From Lama guanicoe (lineage: Eukaryota): 64,000 nucleotides of DNA. Positions 49,830 through 62,279 of this stretch are shown piece after piece; the first letter of the stretch is position 1; every line of letters starts with the position of its first letter. The position numbers and the translations under genes were made by a program. Below the pieces are notes generated by a model that did not search any database, had not been told where the DNA came from, and worked only from the letters and a program-made list of their open reading frames with translations. Location: positions 3,214,677 through 3,278,676 of the forward strand of contig MU054117.1 of the NCBI GenBank assembly GCA_013239625.1. The letters run 5' to 3'.

Positions 49830-51880
49830 CTACATGGATTAATTCCTAGCACATATGTAGTAACAGCCTGTTGAGGGCCGTGTTGCAAAAAGCTTCCACC
49901 CAGGTTGCTGTAATTACCACTCATTTAATGTACTCGTTCCGCGCCCTTTCCATCCATTATCTTTAATCCTCACAACAAACACGCAAAGGAGGCATTTAGA
50001 GTGGAAATCGTTTCCCCAAAGGCGAGCCGTTTCCTGAGCTGTGGAGACAGGATCTGAACTCAGCTCTGCCGGGTACAGGCTGCAAAGCCTCTCGTCCGCC
50101 ACCCGCTACCTTTCAGCTCTGCTGGACGTGTCTGACCTCACAAGCGTCCGCTCTGGCCTTGCCACTCTGGGAACCTGGTGAAAGGCGCGTTTTGGTTTTT
50201 CAGTCCAGCTTATGTTGTTCTGTTTTCCGGACCAGCAGGCACGCAGCTGTCTGCCAGAGCGAGCACTAAGCAGACGCAGAGTGGGGTGCAGGAAGGACCC
50301 TCCCTTCTGCACACAGATAGGGGGCAGGCGGTGGGCACTCGGAATATTTCCACTAGGGAGGCATCCTTAGGGCGAGAGAAGCGCTTGAAAGAAACAGGCC
50401 AAGATAAAAGGGATTTCCCGTCCCCTTTGTAGACTGTGCTCTGTTAGCACTCCCTAACGCAGAGAACACAGGCTGATCTTTCATGTGACAGCTTGTTTAG
50501 ACAACCTCGCCTCTCTGGTGAAAAGGGTCCTGGGGTTAAACCTCCCGTAAGGACTCTCCCACCCTCTCTTTCGGCTGGAATCACTGGAGGGGGACACAGG
50601 GACCAGTGCCAGTGTGGAGCCAGGGATGCGCAGGAAGGGAGGGGTGGGGAAGGGGAGGGGTACAAGATTCCACCCGAAGCTAATGCACAGTTATCCATCA
50701 ACCTCTGTCCTTTCTGACTCTGGGTTGTTTACAAAACCCTCACCCTCGTATGTACCGGGCTGCCTGAAACAGCATTTGCTCCCTCGTTGAGAAGAAGGCA
50801 CTGCTTTTGTTGTAGCAAAATCAAAACCCTTAACATAGCCCCCAGGTGGGACACACCCCGAAGCTGGCCCTGGGGAGGGGGGCTGCTTCCCATGTGAATT
50901 CAACACCCACTTTCTCTTAATATCCTCAAAGACGTTCTCTCTCCCCATCACCTTCTTCCCCCTACACTGTTTATGTGAATTTGTCTATTATAAGCAAGGG
51001 AAGGGGGAACAGGAGGGTCACATGACTTACTGGGGTGGGTGCCCCTGATTCAAAATACATAGCGGTGACGGACTTGGTTTGGCAAGAAAAGCAGATTCTA
51101 AGCCATCTCACAACGATCCGTATCCCTATAGGGCCTGGTCAGAGACCTTCTCAGAGGAAAACGTATTTCCTTCATCCCATATGCTCATTTGTGAGTGAGG
51201 GGGGTCGGCGGAGCTGCACCGGACAGCAGCCAAACCCAGCCTCCACACCCCCTCCCATAAATTCTACCTGTTCACACCAGGGGGCCGGGGCACAGGTGAG
51301 CCAACTGGTCAACCTGACGTCAGACGCTGCGCACCTTACCTGATCACAGGGTAAGTGTTCCCTCTGCCCTTAGCACCGGCCTCTGGTCCTCATCTCATCC
51401 CTCACACGATGGATGTATGTTCAGGGAACGCAAACTACAGCTTTAAACAAAGCAGCTGAAGGCAGGTCCACTGCCTGCCTCCACCAGGAGAAAACAAGAA
51501 ATTATCAAACATTCCAAGGCTTAAATATCCTGATCAGGGACACAAATGCATCTCCACTGAACGGTGAACTTCTGGAAATCAGAACAATTGGGCGTGTGTG
51601 TGTCTAAATGAACTAACTCTTGTGCCTTGTGGCCCCATCTCGACCCCCACACCTTGGTTCCGGCAGCCGCGGATGTGAGCCCTGAGCGGTGGTGGGAGAG
51701 GCAGCCCTGGGCTCCCCCGAGCCTGCCCGCTGGCCAGCCAGCTCCTGCGGAGGGCGGGGAGGCCAGCTGGGCACCGGGTTCAGTGAAGCATCTCTCGCGG
51801 ACTTGCTTTCTGCAGGAGCTTGAGCTGGCAGAACCCCAGAAGTATTTTGCCCTCAGCATGTTCTCCTTTGATTTTCATAC

Positions 51881-51946
51881 CTTTCTGGATTTCGAGGGTA
51901 ATGTAATTCGAGGGTGTCTGATTCATTGAAAATAGTTCCACAAAGT
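51881..51946 (-). pseudogene. Candidate exon (66 nt, phase 1->1)
   Basis: Donor AAG|gtatga, weaker acceptor ctctcccaaaccag|. Reads FVELFSMNQTPSNYITLEIQK. Confidence 0.4.
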
Positions 51947-53544
51947 CTGGTTTGGGAGAGCTATTTGGTGACTAAGATGCTAAGGTTCCTTTTTTTTTCC
52001 TTAGTGGTCTTCTGAGCCCATCTACCCCCAGCCCTAATCCTGGCCCAAAGCTAGAGATACACAAGCCAAGTTTTAGAGGAGAGCAGAGCCCAGGCACGGC
52101 ACAGAACTGTATCTAATCCCCCCAAATGCCCCATGAGTGTTGTGCCTATTTCACAGATGGAATCACTGAGGCCCAGATGGGGCCCTACAGTTTGTAGGTG
52201 AGAGAACCGAGCTTTGAATAGGAGCCGCCTGACTCCAGGGTCCACCTTCCCCACTGCGTCATCCTGCACCCCTGGGAAGCAGGCGGCTCAGCCCCAGCTA
52301 TGCCAGCCCATAGCTCCTGCTTCACTTGGCTTCCTGACTCTGTTTCCTCATTTGGAAGCCCCCCACACCAGCAGGAATCCAGAGGGATCATCTCCCAGCT
52401 CCCCAGCAAAACAGCTCTGATTTACACTATACCATTGGTGCTGAGATCTTGCCCTGTCCTCAGCCACTGACTCTAGTGACGTGGGGAGTAGGTGGCGTTT
52501 GTCCTGGGCACCACAGAGCCCTGAACATCCAATTGGGGCTCAGGAGGCGGGTCTGAATTGTGTCTGCTGCTCAGGGGCCATGTCACGCCAGGCCTCGGGG
52601 TCCCCACCTGTAAAACAGGAAGATGGGGTTGCTGGCCCCCAAGACTCCTTCCTAATCTGACAATCGGCAAGGGTCAGTCGACATAACCATCTTGGTTCAC
52701 GCCGCTCCCCAGGGCATCTGCAGACAGAACCAGAGGGCAGGGGCTGCCGTGACAGCCAGAGGGACGTGGGTCAGAGAGAGGGGCTGCCTGACAAGTGACT
52801 AAACGCGATGGGGATTAGAACTTTCCTCCTGAGGAATATACGCCTGTCGCTCTGGCAAGGCAGGGTTTCCCTGGGAAGACAAATGTAACCTTAGGGCTTT
52901 TGAGCCTGGAAGGACACAGCTGAGAACGGACTCGAGTCTTGTGAAAAGAGGCGGGTGGGTGCGGGGTTCCAGCCGGGAGAGCAAACCTGACCCCCTCCGT
53001 GGCAGAGCTGCCAGCAGCGAACGAGATAACATCTCTGAAAGCATGTTGTCAGCTGTTTGGTGCCAAGGCGAGGACAAGGGATTTTCATTGTGTGCAGGAG
53101 CCAGGGCTTCTCTCTTGAGGCTTCACGGATAAATAAAGACAGCCCTGCTTTACACAGAAGGGAGGGAGCTACCCAGCCGGCGAGAACAGAGGCCGAGAAG
53201 CACCGTGGGCTCCAGACAAAACTCTAAGATGATTCGTGGCTGGTAAGGGCTTTGATGTCACAGTCAAGCACAGCCCAGCCCTCGCCGCCACCACTGTCAC
53301 TCCACAGACGCGCTTTCCTCATTCCTCCTCTGATCCTCACCACCCGTGATGTGGCGGTTCAGGGAGCTGTTACCCTGTCCTCCAGATGAAGAAACTGAGG
53401 TTCAAAGCAGTTGCAGGGGTTGTCCAAGGCCATGCAGCCAGCAGGCGGCCCGGCGGCCCCTTGTAACTCTAGCCAGAGATGGTGTTTGTCCTACCATAAC
53501 TGCGCTTCCTCATGTGAGTTGTCCCTTCACTCATTCAACAGATA

Positions 53545-53722
53545 AAGTGACTCAGTTATACATACATATATGTATATATATATATGATCCTTTTCAGATT
53601 CTTTTCCATTATTCCATTGCAAGTTATTGAATATAGTTCCCTGTGCTGTGCAGTAGGTCCTTGTTGTTATCAACTTTATGTATAGTAGTGTGTATCTGTT
53701 GATCCTAAATTCCTCATTTCTC
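53545..53722 (-). mobile_element. LINE-1 3' tail fragment
   Basis: aaagtgactcagttatacatacatat...ttgaatatagttccctgtgctgtgcagtaggtccttgttg. Confidence 0.88.
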
Positions 53723-54936
53723 TCTACGAGGCAGTAATTGTTATACGCGAGAGATGAAAAAAAAATCTTTAAGTTTCATTGAAATCGAACTGCATCTAAG
53801 GAAGACATTTCAGCAGCCATTGTCAGATCCACATGCAGACGGGATAACCTTCGATCCAAATACCCACTGCCTCCTTTGTTCTGTTTGTTTGTTTACACAC
53901 GGCATCAATACATGGAGAGTTTCTTCAGCTCCCAGGCTGACCTCGGAGCCTCCAGCCCCTGAGAAATGCCAAATATGGGAAAAGCGTCAGGAACGTGAGG
54001 CCAGTGGACAGTAAACTCTTCTGAGCGCCCACGAAGTAAAAATCACAGACAGGTCACAAAGGGGGCTGTGTGGCCAGCCAGAGCTGAGACGTCTGCCCTG
54101 GTCTCGGATCAGGGCTGTGGTTTTAACCAGTCCACTCAGAGGAGGCGTCACTGAGAAAGTGTCCGAGGGAAGACCTGGCAGAGGTGGAGGTGGAGGTGGA
54201 GGTGAGGGGGCACAGCGGGGCGGCTGCCCGGGGAAACTCATTCCAGGGGTGGGGACGACAGGGACAAAGTTTCTGAGATGGAGCGTGTCACTTTTGCTCT
54301 GTGAATCACAAAAGTAAATGAATTTCAGAAAAAATCTCAGCCTGAAAAGTTGCGACCTGTAAATGCAAAAAAAAAAAAAAAGGAGAAAGAAATCTTTAAA
54401 TGAATCTCCTGTGATGGAATCAGGGCCAGTGGTCACCCTGGAGGGTGCGTACATGTGGGAGGGGCGACGGGGCGTGCTGGGCTGCGGGAAGCGGTTTCGG
54501 TCAGGCTCTGGGTCGGGGTTAAACGCTTGCAATCCCCTCCTGTGCACCTGTGATTTGGACATTTCACTCTAGGAAGATCCACCTCCATTTTGAAAAATTT
54601 TAAAAAGGTAAAGAGGACTTTGTTTTTCGCTCTGGCACCTGAAGTTTCATATCTACAAGCCGTGTGGGACCAGAATCTTCAGCGCACACTTCATGGTCTC
54701 TCCTTTGCCAGCCCTGCTCCAGAGTCACTCAGAAAAACAAAAGCTTAAAAAGAACAGGGCTCTAGTCTCCGCTCTGCATGCCTGGGAGATCTGAGCATTC
54801 TCTCTGGATCTCAGTTTCTAAGCTACGAAACAGGGCCGAGGGTGAGGGTTTGCATCTTACGGATATTGGGAGACTGAAACAAGATAACGTCTGTGAAAGT
54901 TCTTGTTGAAGGCAAGACCACAGAAATCTTACTCAC

Positions 54937-55082
54937 CCAGTATAATTCGGGACGCGGACAGTGCTTCCCAGGGAATACCTGCCGGGTCACCACGTGGTCA
55001 GCTCCTACCTGGGCTCTGCGGCTATTCGGTCTTGAGTCGCCATCCTCTGCTGGGGACAGCAGGTCCCTCAGCCCGTGACATT
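54937..55082 (-). pseudogene. Candidate exon E (146 nt, phase 1->0)
   Basis: Acceptor tttgccccttcttcctgcag|AA, donor TGG|gtgagt. The only open frame, CHGLRDLLSPAEDGDSRPNSRRAQVGADHVVTRQVFPGKHCPRPELYW, is the one in register with exons A-D. Confidence 0.6.
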
Positions 55083-55444
55083 CTGCAGGAAGAAGGGGCA
55101 AACTGACTCCTGTTACTCTGGGGTAATCCTTTGCTGGTAAGGACCCCTACACTAAATGAGCCATGCCCTAAAATCTCAGAGTGTTTAATCAGTGGCTCTT
55201 TCTGTTATCACCGCCTCAACCCTGAAGGATGCAGATATGAGTCCCTGGGCAGGGGTCCTGCTGAGCTAAGCCCACCCCTGTCTCTGCGGGACAGGCTTGG
55301 GGCTAGACGGTGCTCGCCCTCCCCGGATCCTTTAGGATGAGTTCTCGGAGCGATCCCTGCTCACGCACTGAGACAGGGGTAGGGGTGGGGACGGGGGTGG
55401 GTGGGGGCTTTCTCTGTACAGAATTTTTTTAATTGATGAAACCA

Positions 55445-55572
55445 GGGGGGAGGGTAGAGCTCAATGGGAGAACTTAGCATGCACAAGGTCCTGGGTTCCA
55501 TGCCCAGCATTGCCACTAAAATAAATAAACCTAATTACCTCCCCCCTCAAAAAATAAACCCAAACAAAAAGT
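55445..55572 (+). mobile_element. Vic-1-like tRNA SINE (internal deletion)
   Basis: ggggagggtagagctcaatggg...cttagcatgcacaaggtcctgggttc...aaataaacctaattacctccccc. Confidence 0.9.
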
Positions 55573-56014
55573 AGTAGTTTTTTTAAAACAATGAAACTGA
55601 TGTCAACCTTTTATTATCACCACGCACCTGCAGTTCTAACAAAGGCAGTGATAAAATGCTGTCTGCATTCTCAAAGCAAATCTTACATTGGCTTGAGTTC
55701 TAAGTAGTTTCTGTGACTACTATTGAGTTTAACTGAACACCCACACACACACTTCAAATTAGCACAGTTTTATTATGTATCTTTAATAAAAATTGCACTT
55801 CATATGGCAGTTACTGTGCAGAACCCCCAGTTACATTGTCCTGCACCCCCACCTACCCTACCCTCGCAAGCTCAGTGAAAAAGCCTGTGTTCCCACAGTG
55901 TCTTCCTGACGGAGTGACGGTCCACAGTCACCGATCTGCTCTTCCAGACAGTCCCCATCTTCAACTGCCGTGATATCATATCTTCTTGCATTAAAACAGT
56001 TGATTAGAAAAAAG

Positions 56015-56775
56015 TGGCATGAAATTGTAACTCATACTAAACACACATGGTGCCTGGATCACAGCTTCCAAAGCCTGGAATTCCTTGAGTGATAAGAGCG
56101 CCTTTTGTTGTAACATTTGGTCTTTCGTCCTCCATTCCTGAAACAGCTTAAGAGCCGTAAAGGTGAGATGGGTGTCCTAATGTTCATAGCAAGCCCCTTT
56201 CCACCACAACTCGTGATGACAGTGAGCTGACTTTTGGGAAACCAGGGGGAGATGGGCCAACGACTTAGCCAGTCGTGCCTCAGAAAAACGCACAAGGAAG
56301 AGGCTCCAAAAGGTCCCAGGTGAACCAGAATGCATTCATGTCCCCGGAGGCTGGTACACCCCAAACTCCCCTGGGACAGAAGCTCCTGTGTTTGGGACCC
56401 TTCCAGGCCTCGCCCACTACACAATCTCTTCATCTGGTTGTTCGTTTGTGTCTTTAATGTCTTCTGTAGTAAACCAGCAATCTAGTAAGGAAACTGGTTT
56501 CCTGAGTTCTGTGAGCAGCTCTGACAAATTAATTGATCCCAAAGAGTGGGTCATAGGAGCCTTCGATCTACAGCCAGCTAGTGGGAAGCGCAGGTTATGA
56601 CCTGGACTTTCAGCCGGCCTCTGGGGCCGGGGCAGCCCTGTGGGACTGACCCCTCGGCCTGTGGGGTCTGACCCTGCCCCCAGGCAGGCAGCGTCAGAAC
56701 TGAGTTCAATCTGTGGGACACCCATCAGGGAGTCAGAGAATTGCCCGGTGATGTTAGAGACACACACTGGAGACG
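56015..56775 (+). mobile_element. Solo LTR (MER21-like)
   Basis: gacagaagctcctgtgtttgggacccttccaggcctcgccc...tttcctgagttctgtgagcagctctgacaaattaattga...tgtgggactgacccctcggcctgtggggtctgac. Confidence 0.85.
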
Positions 56776-57611
56776 GTGACAGCACAGAGATTGTAAAGGA
56801 AAAGAAACAGAATTCACGTTACTTCAATTCTGTGCTTTGATGCAAGGACCCAGGGACTTCATTTGTATTTAAAATCTAAACCAGTAGGACACACTATGAA
56901 CTGTAAAATATCTAACCTTTTGTTTGTTAACTGTTTGTCTTGGCTCGTGCATGAAGCACTTTACTGAATTTTGACAATATCTTTAATATCATTGTTTATC
57001 TTTTAGAATTGGTATTTAAAAACTAAAGAACAAATCAAGAACAAATCAAGAAAATCATGGCTGCTGCACAATTATGATGGAAAATAATTTTGAGGAAAAG
57101 GGGGAGGAGGTGTGAAAAACACGACCTATTCCAGGCGTCAGCTACACTCAGGGCACCAAGGGGTGCGTCTCACTCAAATAGACACTGCATGTTGAAGCTG
57201 GACGTGTTTTGCTCGTAAGCTCTGGGTCCTCTTCATCGCCATCACTACCCTTTTAGGACAGTTTCCGCCCCCGGGAAGCAGGGGAATGATGGAGATCACC
57301 TCTAAGACCTCTGTCACAATCCACTCACTCAAAAAGCACTTTCATTGTGACTTTGGTATGTTCAGAGCGCTGCACTTGGCCTTGGAGAAGGTTCTAGGGC
57401 TAAGGAAGCCTAAGATGTCCCTGTGAATTCCAAAACTGAGGGAAAAATAGCCACAGATGAAGGTTAAATACCTTGGGCTTTAACTGGCTACAATTACGGT
57501 GTTATTTCCAAAGCGCACCTTTTAAAGAGGCAGGTTTATAGGAGGACAACCCACACTTACAACGCAGCTGATAAACAGAAAGTCCGTTTACGCTATTATG
57601 TATTTATAAGG

Positions 57612-57870
57612 TGAGTCCGGACCTGCTGCGGAGGGCCGCGCCGCTGCGGGGGAGCTCCCCGTCTCCGGGCCCGCACATGCTGCAACACCGCCGGGCGCGC
57701 GGCCCCAGCCGGGCCCCCGGGGCCATGCCGTCACGTGCGCTTCCCTGATTTCTTTAATAAAAGCAGTTCCTGCTCATTATTCCTCTTATTATCATTGGTA
57801 ATAATAACAACAGGGTGTTTGGACATGTTATTTCTCTCTGGGATTGGCCTGAAGGGCGGGCTTATATCCT
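57612..57870. promoter_or_regulatory. Small CpG cluster with E-box, CCAAT and GC-box motifs
   Basis: CpG-dense 57612-57740; GTCACGTG 57730-57737; ATTGG 57843-57847; GGGCGGG 57854-57860. Motif matches only. Confidence 0.4.
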
Positions 57871-57885
57871 GCTCTTATTACTCAC

Positions 57886-58194
57886 CTAATAGTGGGGCTC
57901 CGGGAACCAGCCGGGGTGAGCTCGGGATGGGGAAGATGCTGCCTTGAGGGAGGGGCAGGGGCTGGTCCTCCCATCTCTGTGATGCGGAGGAGAAGATGGT
58001 CCTGTCGCTTCCTCGGTCGCTGTCTGAAGGCTGTCAAGCATCACAGGAGGAATCGGCTTCAAAATTGCCTGTTGTCGTTGCTTTTGAAACCAGTCCTTGG
58101 TGTCATGGAGATTGGAGCCCAAGTTCGTTTGGTGACATGCAGCCCCCACAGTGGCCTCCTTTAGATCCTTGAAGAGACGGGTGAACAGAAAGAG
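57886..58194 (-). pseudogene. Candidate exon D (309 nt, phase 1->1, two in-frame TGA)
   Basis: Acceptor ctctgtcttccctatatgttacag|CT, donor TAG|gtgagt, length a multiple of 3. In-register frame: LSVHPSLQGSKGGHCGGCMSPNELGLQSP*HQGLVSKATTTGNFEADSSCDA*QPSDSDRGSDRTIFSSASQRWEDQPLPLPQGSIFPIPSSPRLVPGAPLL. Confidence 0.6.
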
Positions 58195-59497
58195 CTGTAA
58201 CATATAGGGAAGACAGAGCCTTTTCTTTTGGAAGCCCACATAGAAATGCGAGGGGGACAGAAACCATCAGAAACTGAAGCCGACTCCCTCTTCGTAAAAG
58301 CTGGGTGGCGACGCTCTCCCTGGTGTGGAGATAATGGCCAGTAATTCCACCACGTGCTGGAGTCTGCGACAGGCTCCCCACGTGCGGTCCCACCTGGACC
58401 CTCTTGACTTCCCGCAGAAGATGGATGCAGCCCTCCCAGTCCTGGACACAAAAGAGCTGAAAATCCACCATGGACACCAGCAAAGCAGGCTCCAGCACCG
58501 ACCGGGGTTTGAAGTTCAGCTGCTCCATTTCCTAGAGGTGGGACCCCTGAAAAGCTGCTCAAATATTCTGAGCCCCATTTTACCTGACAGTAGAGTGTCA
58601 ACCCTAACACCAAGCGTGAGACTGATGTCAAAAGCTCGCGGACACTGCATTCAATCAAAGGCGACGGACGACATTTCTACACGCCCGCCACCGCACAACT
58701 CCATCTCCAGTCACCGTCCTCGTCCCCGTCCAGCCCACGCGGGGCTCTTGCCTGCTACTCAACGTCTGAGAAACTCTCCTTTCCACATTGTAGCAAAGGG
58801 CAGAGTGAGGAGAGTGAATTGGACTGTTTTCAATTTACCTCCTCCCAAGGAACTGAAAGATCAGACTGATTGAAACATTATTTCCCTGGTGTTTCGAAAC
58901 TGCACCGAGGGCAAAGCTTGGCAAAGCTTTAAGGGAAGAAACTGAGGCTCCGAGAAGTGGATCGTTCAAACTTACGTAATAAGCCAGGGCTTCTACTCAG
59001 GGAGTTCCGGGTTGGTCTGTTTTCCCCTATTGTCACGTTGGTGAACAAGAAAATCTTTCCTGCAGTCTGAATACGATGGACTGGAACCAATGTGGACGAG
59101 CAGAGGCTTCACCGCTGTAAGGCACTTTCACAGAAGCCCCCCACCTCACTTCATGCAGTGGGCATTACCATTGCCATTTGCAAATGGAACTGGGATTCTG
59201 AGATGCTGGTTGACCCGTCCTAAACCACGGTGCGCAAGGAAGCAGAACCCAGACGGGTGTGGCTCCCTACGCCGATGCCCCAGTTATATGTTATCTGTTA
59301 TTTCTGAACATGCAGAGTGAACATTAGACGAGTATTTTGCTTAAAGCAAACTTCCCACCCTCGTATCCCTCACCACCTGCCCCCTGCATCTTTTCTGTCA
59401 GTCCACACAGCTTCCAATTTGTAGATTCTCCACGGCGAGACCTGCTTTGATCAGCACCTTCCTTTTGGATCCAAGGTGTCCTGAGTCTGTAACTCAC

Positions 59498-59625
59498 CTG
59501 CGTACTCCTGACTCTCTGAGAGCGCGAGATACGAGACGTGAGCTTGCAGGCTTCTATTCCAGTCCCCTGTGAGGACAGTGCAAGGTGCGCGGACCTTGAA
59601 GCTCCTGCAACCGGAGGGATTCTCT
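59498..59625 (-). pseudogene. Candidate exon C (128 nt, phase 2->1)
   Basis: Strong acceptor gtaactttgttcttctctcctag|AG with branch-like TAAC, consensus donor CAG|gtgagt. Reads ENPSGCRSFKVRAPCTVLTGDWNRSLQAHVSYLALSESQEYA. Confidence 0.65.
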
Positions 59626-60353
59626 CTAGGAGAGAAGAACAAAGTTACAGAGCCTTGGAAGAAGCCACCCTAAGGGAGGAGAGCCGAAGCTCACGCTTCG
59701 GAGCCTCTTGGCAGACTGTCCCCAGGTGGGACGCAGCCCCCGCCTGCTACCCTTGGCTGAGCCTGCCTTGGACCAGAGGCTGAATCTGCAGCCCTAGCCC
59801 ACCAAACGCTCCCAACACTGCCAAGAAAGGGTGGTGTTTCCATTTATGATTCAGCTCTTCTCGGGTCTCTGTTTTCAATTCAAGCCCAGGTTTCTTGAAC
59901 TCAGGGATTCAACTTTCTGTTTCTTGGTAGGACCTTCCATCGAACCTGACACAATCCTGAGTTCCTAAATGTTTTATGGGTGAAGAGATATTTGACCAGA
60001 TGAATGAACAGTACATGTGCAAAAGCCCCCTGCTGAATTTATAGCAGAGAATCTAATGACTGTAATAATAATCGCGTGCTGAGCGTCCATTACGAGCCAG
60101 CCCCTCCTCATACATTCTCTCTAATCACAGCAACCCTGCAGGGTGGGGGTTATTATCTCCAGTTTATAGCTGAGAAAAGCAGGGCTCTCGGGTGTCAGGT
60201 CACCTGCCCAAGATCAGACAGGACGTGGCAGAGCCCAACCCAACAGCTCTAAAGCACAGTTCTTTCCACCTCACGCTGCACCTCGGAAGGATGCTTTAAT
60301 CAGGGGAACTGCATCCGCCCTAGCCGGGCGCCTGCTCACCGCGTCTGCCTCAC

Positions 60354-60445
60354 CTGTCAGTGAGGAGGCGAAGGGAGGTCCCTTCCTGCTTAACAGGCTT
60401 CGTCTTCTCCTGCCTCCCCTGTTCCCACAAGTCCTTGGACACGCT
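60354..60445 (-). pseudogene. Candidate exon B (92 nt, phase 0->2)
   Basis: Acceptor gtgctttgtgggcag|AG (moderate), donor CAG|gtgagg. Reads SVSKDLWEQGRQEKTKPVKQEGTSLRLLTD in register with exon A. Confidence 0.5.
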
Positions 60446-61004
60446 CTGCCCACAAAGCACATGAGTCACATGAATTTGAACACTGGGCAAAATTCTCTTG
60501 GTCGGCCTGCAGTAGGAAGTAGAGTCAGATTAAAGTTAACCTTGGCAAACAGAGTAACCACAGCCAGGAGACCAGGGAGCTGAGGACCACTCTTGCGAAC
60601 CACCGCCTGGGCCCCAGCGGAGCGGAGGAGATAAGCAAGGCACTCCGGTGCTTCCGCCTTGTGTCCCCCACTGCTCTCCAGATAAACCAGCAGAATGATA
60701 CCCTTTGTGGTCTCTTTGGACCAGCTAGGCTCTGTGATCACAGGGGATTGTGAGGATGGGTGCCAGGTTCCCACCAAGTCCTGGTAATGAGGAGATCTTT
60801 CTTGGGCAATTTTTATATGATGAAAATGTGGTGGTGCTTTTAAGAGGTTTCAGGAGCCCAAGGCAAAAGATGCTCTGATAACTTTGGAATGAGGTGCTCA
60901 AAGGCTTTCACTCCCATTATCTCATTGAAGTCTCCCTTGCCCTTTAGGGCTGTGAGGGAGGCAGTCTTAGTAATTCCCATTTTATAGAGGGGAACTTGGA
61001 AACC

Positions 61005-61840
61005 TTCATTCTTCTGCATGTGGAGATCCAGTTTTCCCAGCACCGTTTGTGGAAAAGACTGTCCTTTGCCCACTGAGTGGTCTTGGCGCCTTTGTCAAAA
61101 GCTGTCGGCCCATACATTTGAAGACTTGTGTCTGGCTCTCTACCTGCTCCGTTGGTCTATATGTCTGTCTTTATGCCAGCACCACACTCTTTTGATTACT
61201 ATAGCTTTGTAGGAAGTTTTGAAGCCAGGAAATGAAAGTCCTTCAACTTTATTCTTCTTTCTCAAGATTGTCATAGCTATTCAGGGTCCCTTGAGATTCC
61301 CTATGAATTTTAGGATTTTTTTCCTATTTCTACCAAAAATCCTCACTAATTCACAGTTTGGTTCACACGTGGAGTGGTCACATTGAGGTTTTAATAGGAA
61401 TTGTACTAAATCTCTAGATCACTTGAGTAGAATTATCAACAATAGTAACATTTCCAATCCATGAACACACATTGTCTTTCCATTTATTCATATCTTCCCT
61501 AACTTCTTTCAGCAATGCTTTATAGTTTTTCGTATACCAGTCTCTCACCTCTTGATTAAATCTGTTCCTTAGTATTTTATTCTTTTTGATTCTATGGCAA
61601 ATGGAATTGCTTCCTTAATTTCCTCCTCAGATGGTTCAGCATACAGAAATATAAGTGGTTTGGTTTGTTGGTTTTGTCGAATTTTTTTGTTACCTTTAAC
61701 ATTTGTGTGTGTGTGTGCAATGTTTAGTATTTGCTTCATATAATATCATGTCATCTATGAACTAAACTCATTTTTCCCTCTTCCTGTCCAATATGGGTGT
61801 CTCTTATTTCTTCTTCTTGCCTAATTGCTCTGGTAAGACA
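61005..61840 (-). mobile_element. Old LINE-1 ORF2 fragment
   Basis: ttcattcttctgcatgtggagatccagttttcccagcaccgtttgt...atgccagcaccacactcttttgattactatagctttgta...ttgcctaattgctctgg. Confidence 0.9.
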
Positions 61841-62279
61841 CGTGGAGCTAACTTCATGGTAACAAGTGAATGATTAACATAAAATGTTTCCTAAAGTATA
61901 TATATTAAATCTTTCCTTTGGGACAGTTCTTAGAAGATTAGAACTTATGGAAACCTTGGAAAACATTGTAGCTGAAGATCCAGAGAATTAGCGTGGCTTG
62001 CTTAAGCCCATATAGCAAACTGGTTACACTCGGACAGGAACTCAGGACTCCTGACTCTAGCCCAGCTCTGTTGAGAATGCAGCTTTCAGCAGAAACATGA
62101 AAGATCGGCCCCTGCAGCTCTATCAATGAGAAAAGGGTCCCAGGAAAAGCAGAAGAGGTGTAAAAAGGGGGTGAGGCTTTGGGAGGCTAGGTTGGTTTCG
62201 ATGACAAGTCCTCACTAATTCACAGTTTGGTTCACACGTGGAGTGGTCACATTTGCAGAAGACACTGGACTCCAGCACT

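Larger units (their letters stand above)
55370..57160 (+). mobile_element. hAT-Tip100 fossil (Arthur1-like), interrupted by a SINE and an LTR
   Basis: cttttattatcaccacgcacctgcagttctaa...cagtgataaaatgct...cttcaaattagcacagtttttatt; resumes at about 56778 with agcacagagattgtaaaggaaaagaaacagaattcacgttacttcaattctgt. Confidence 0.8.
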
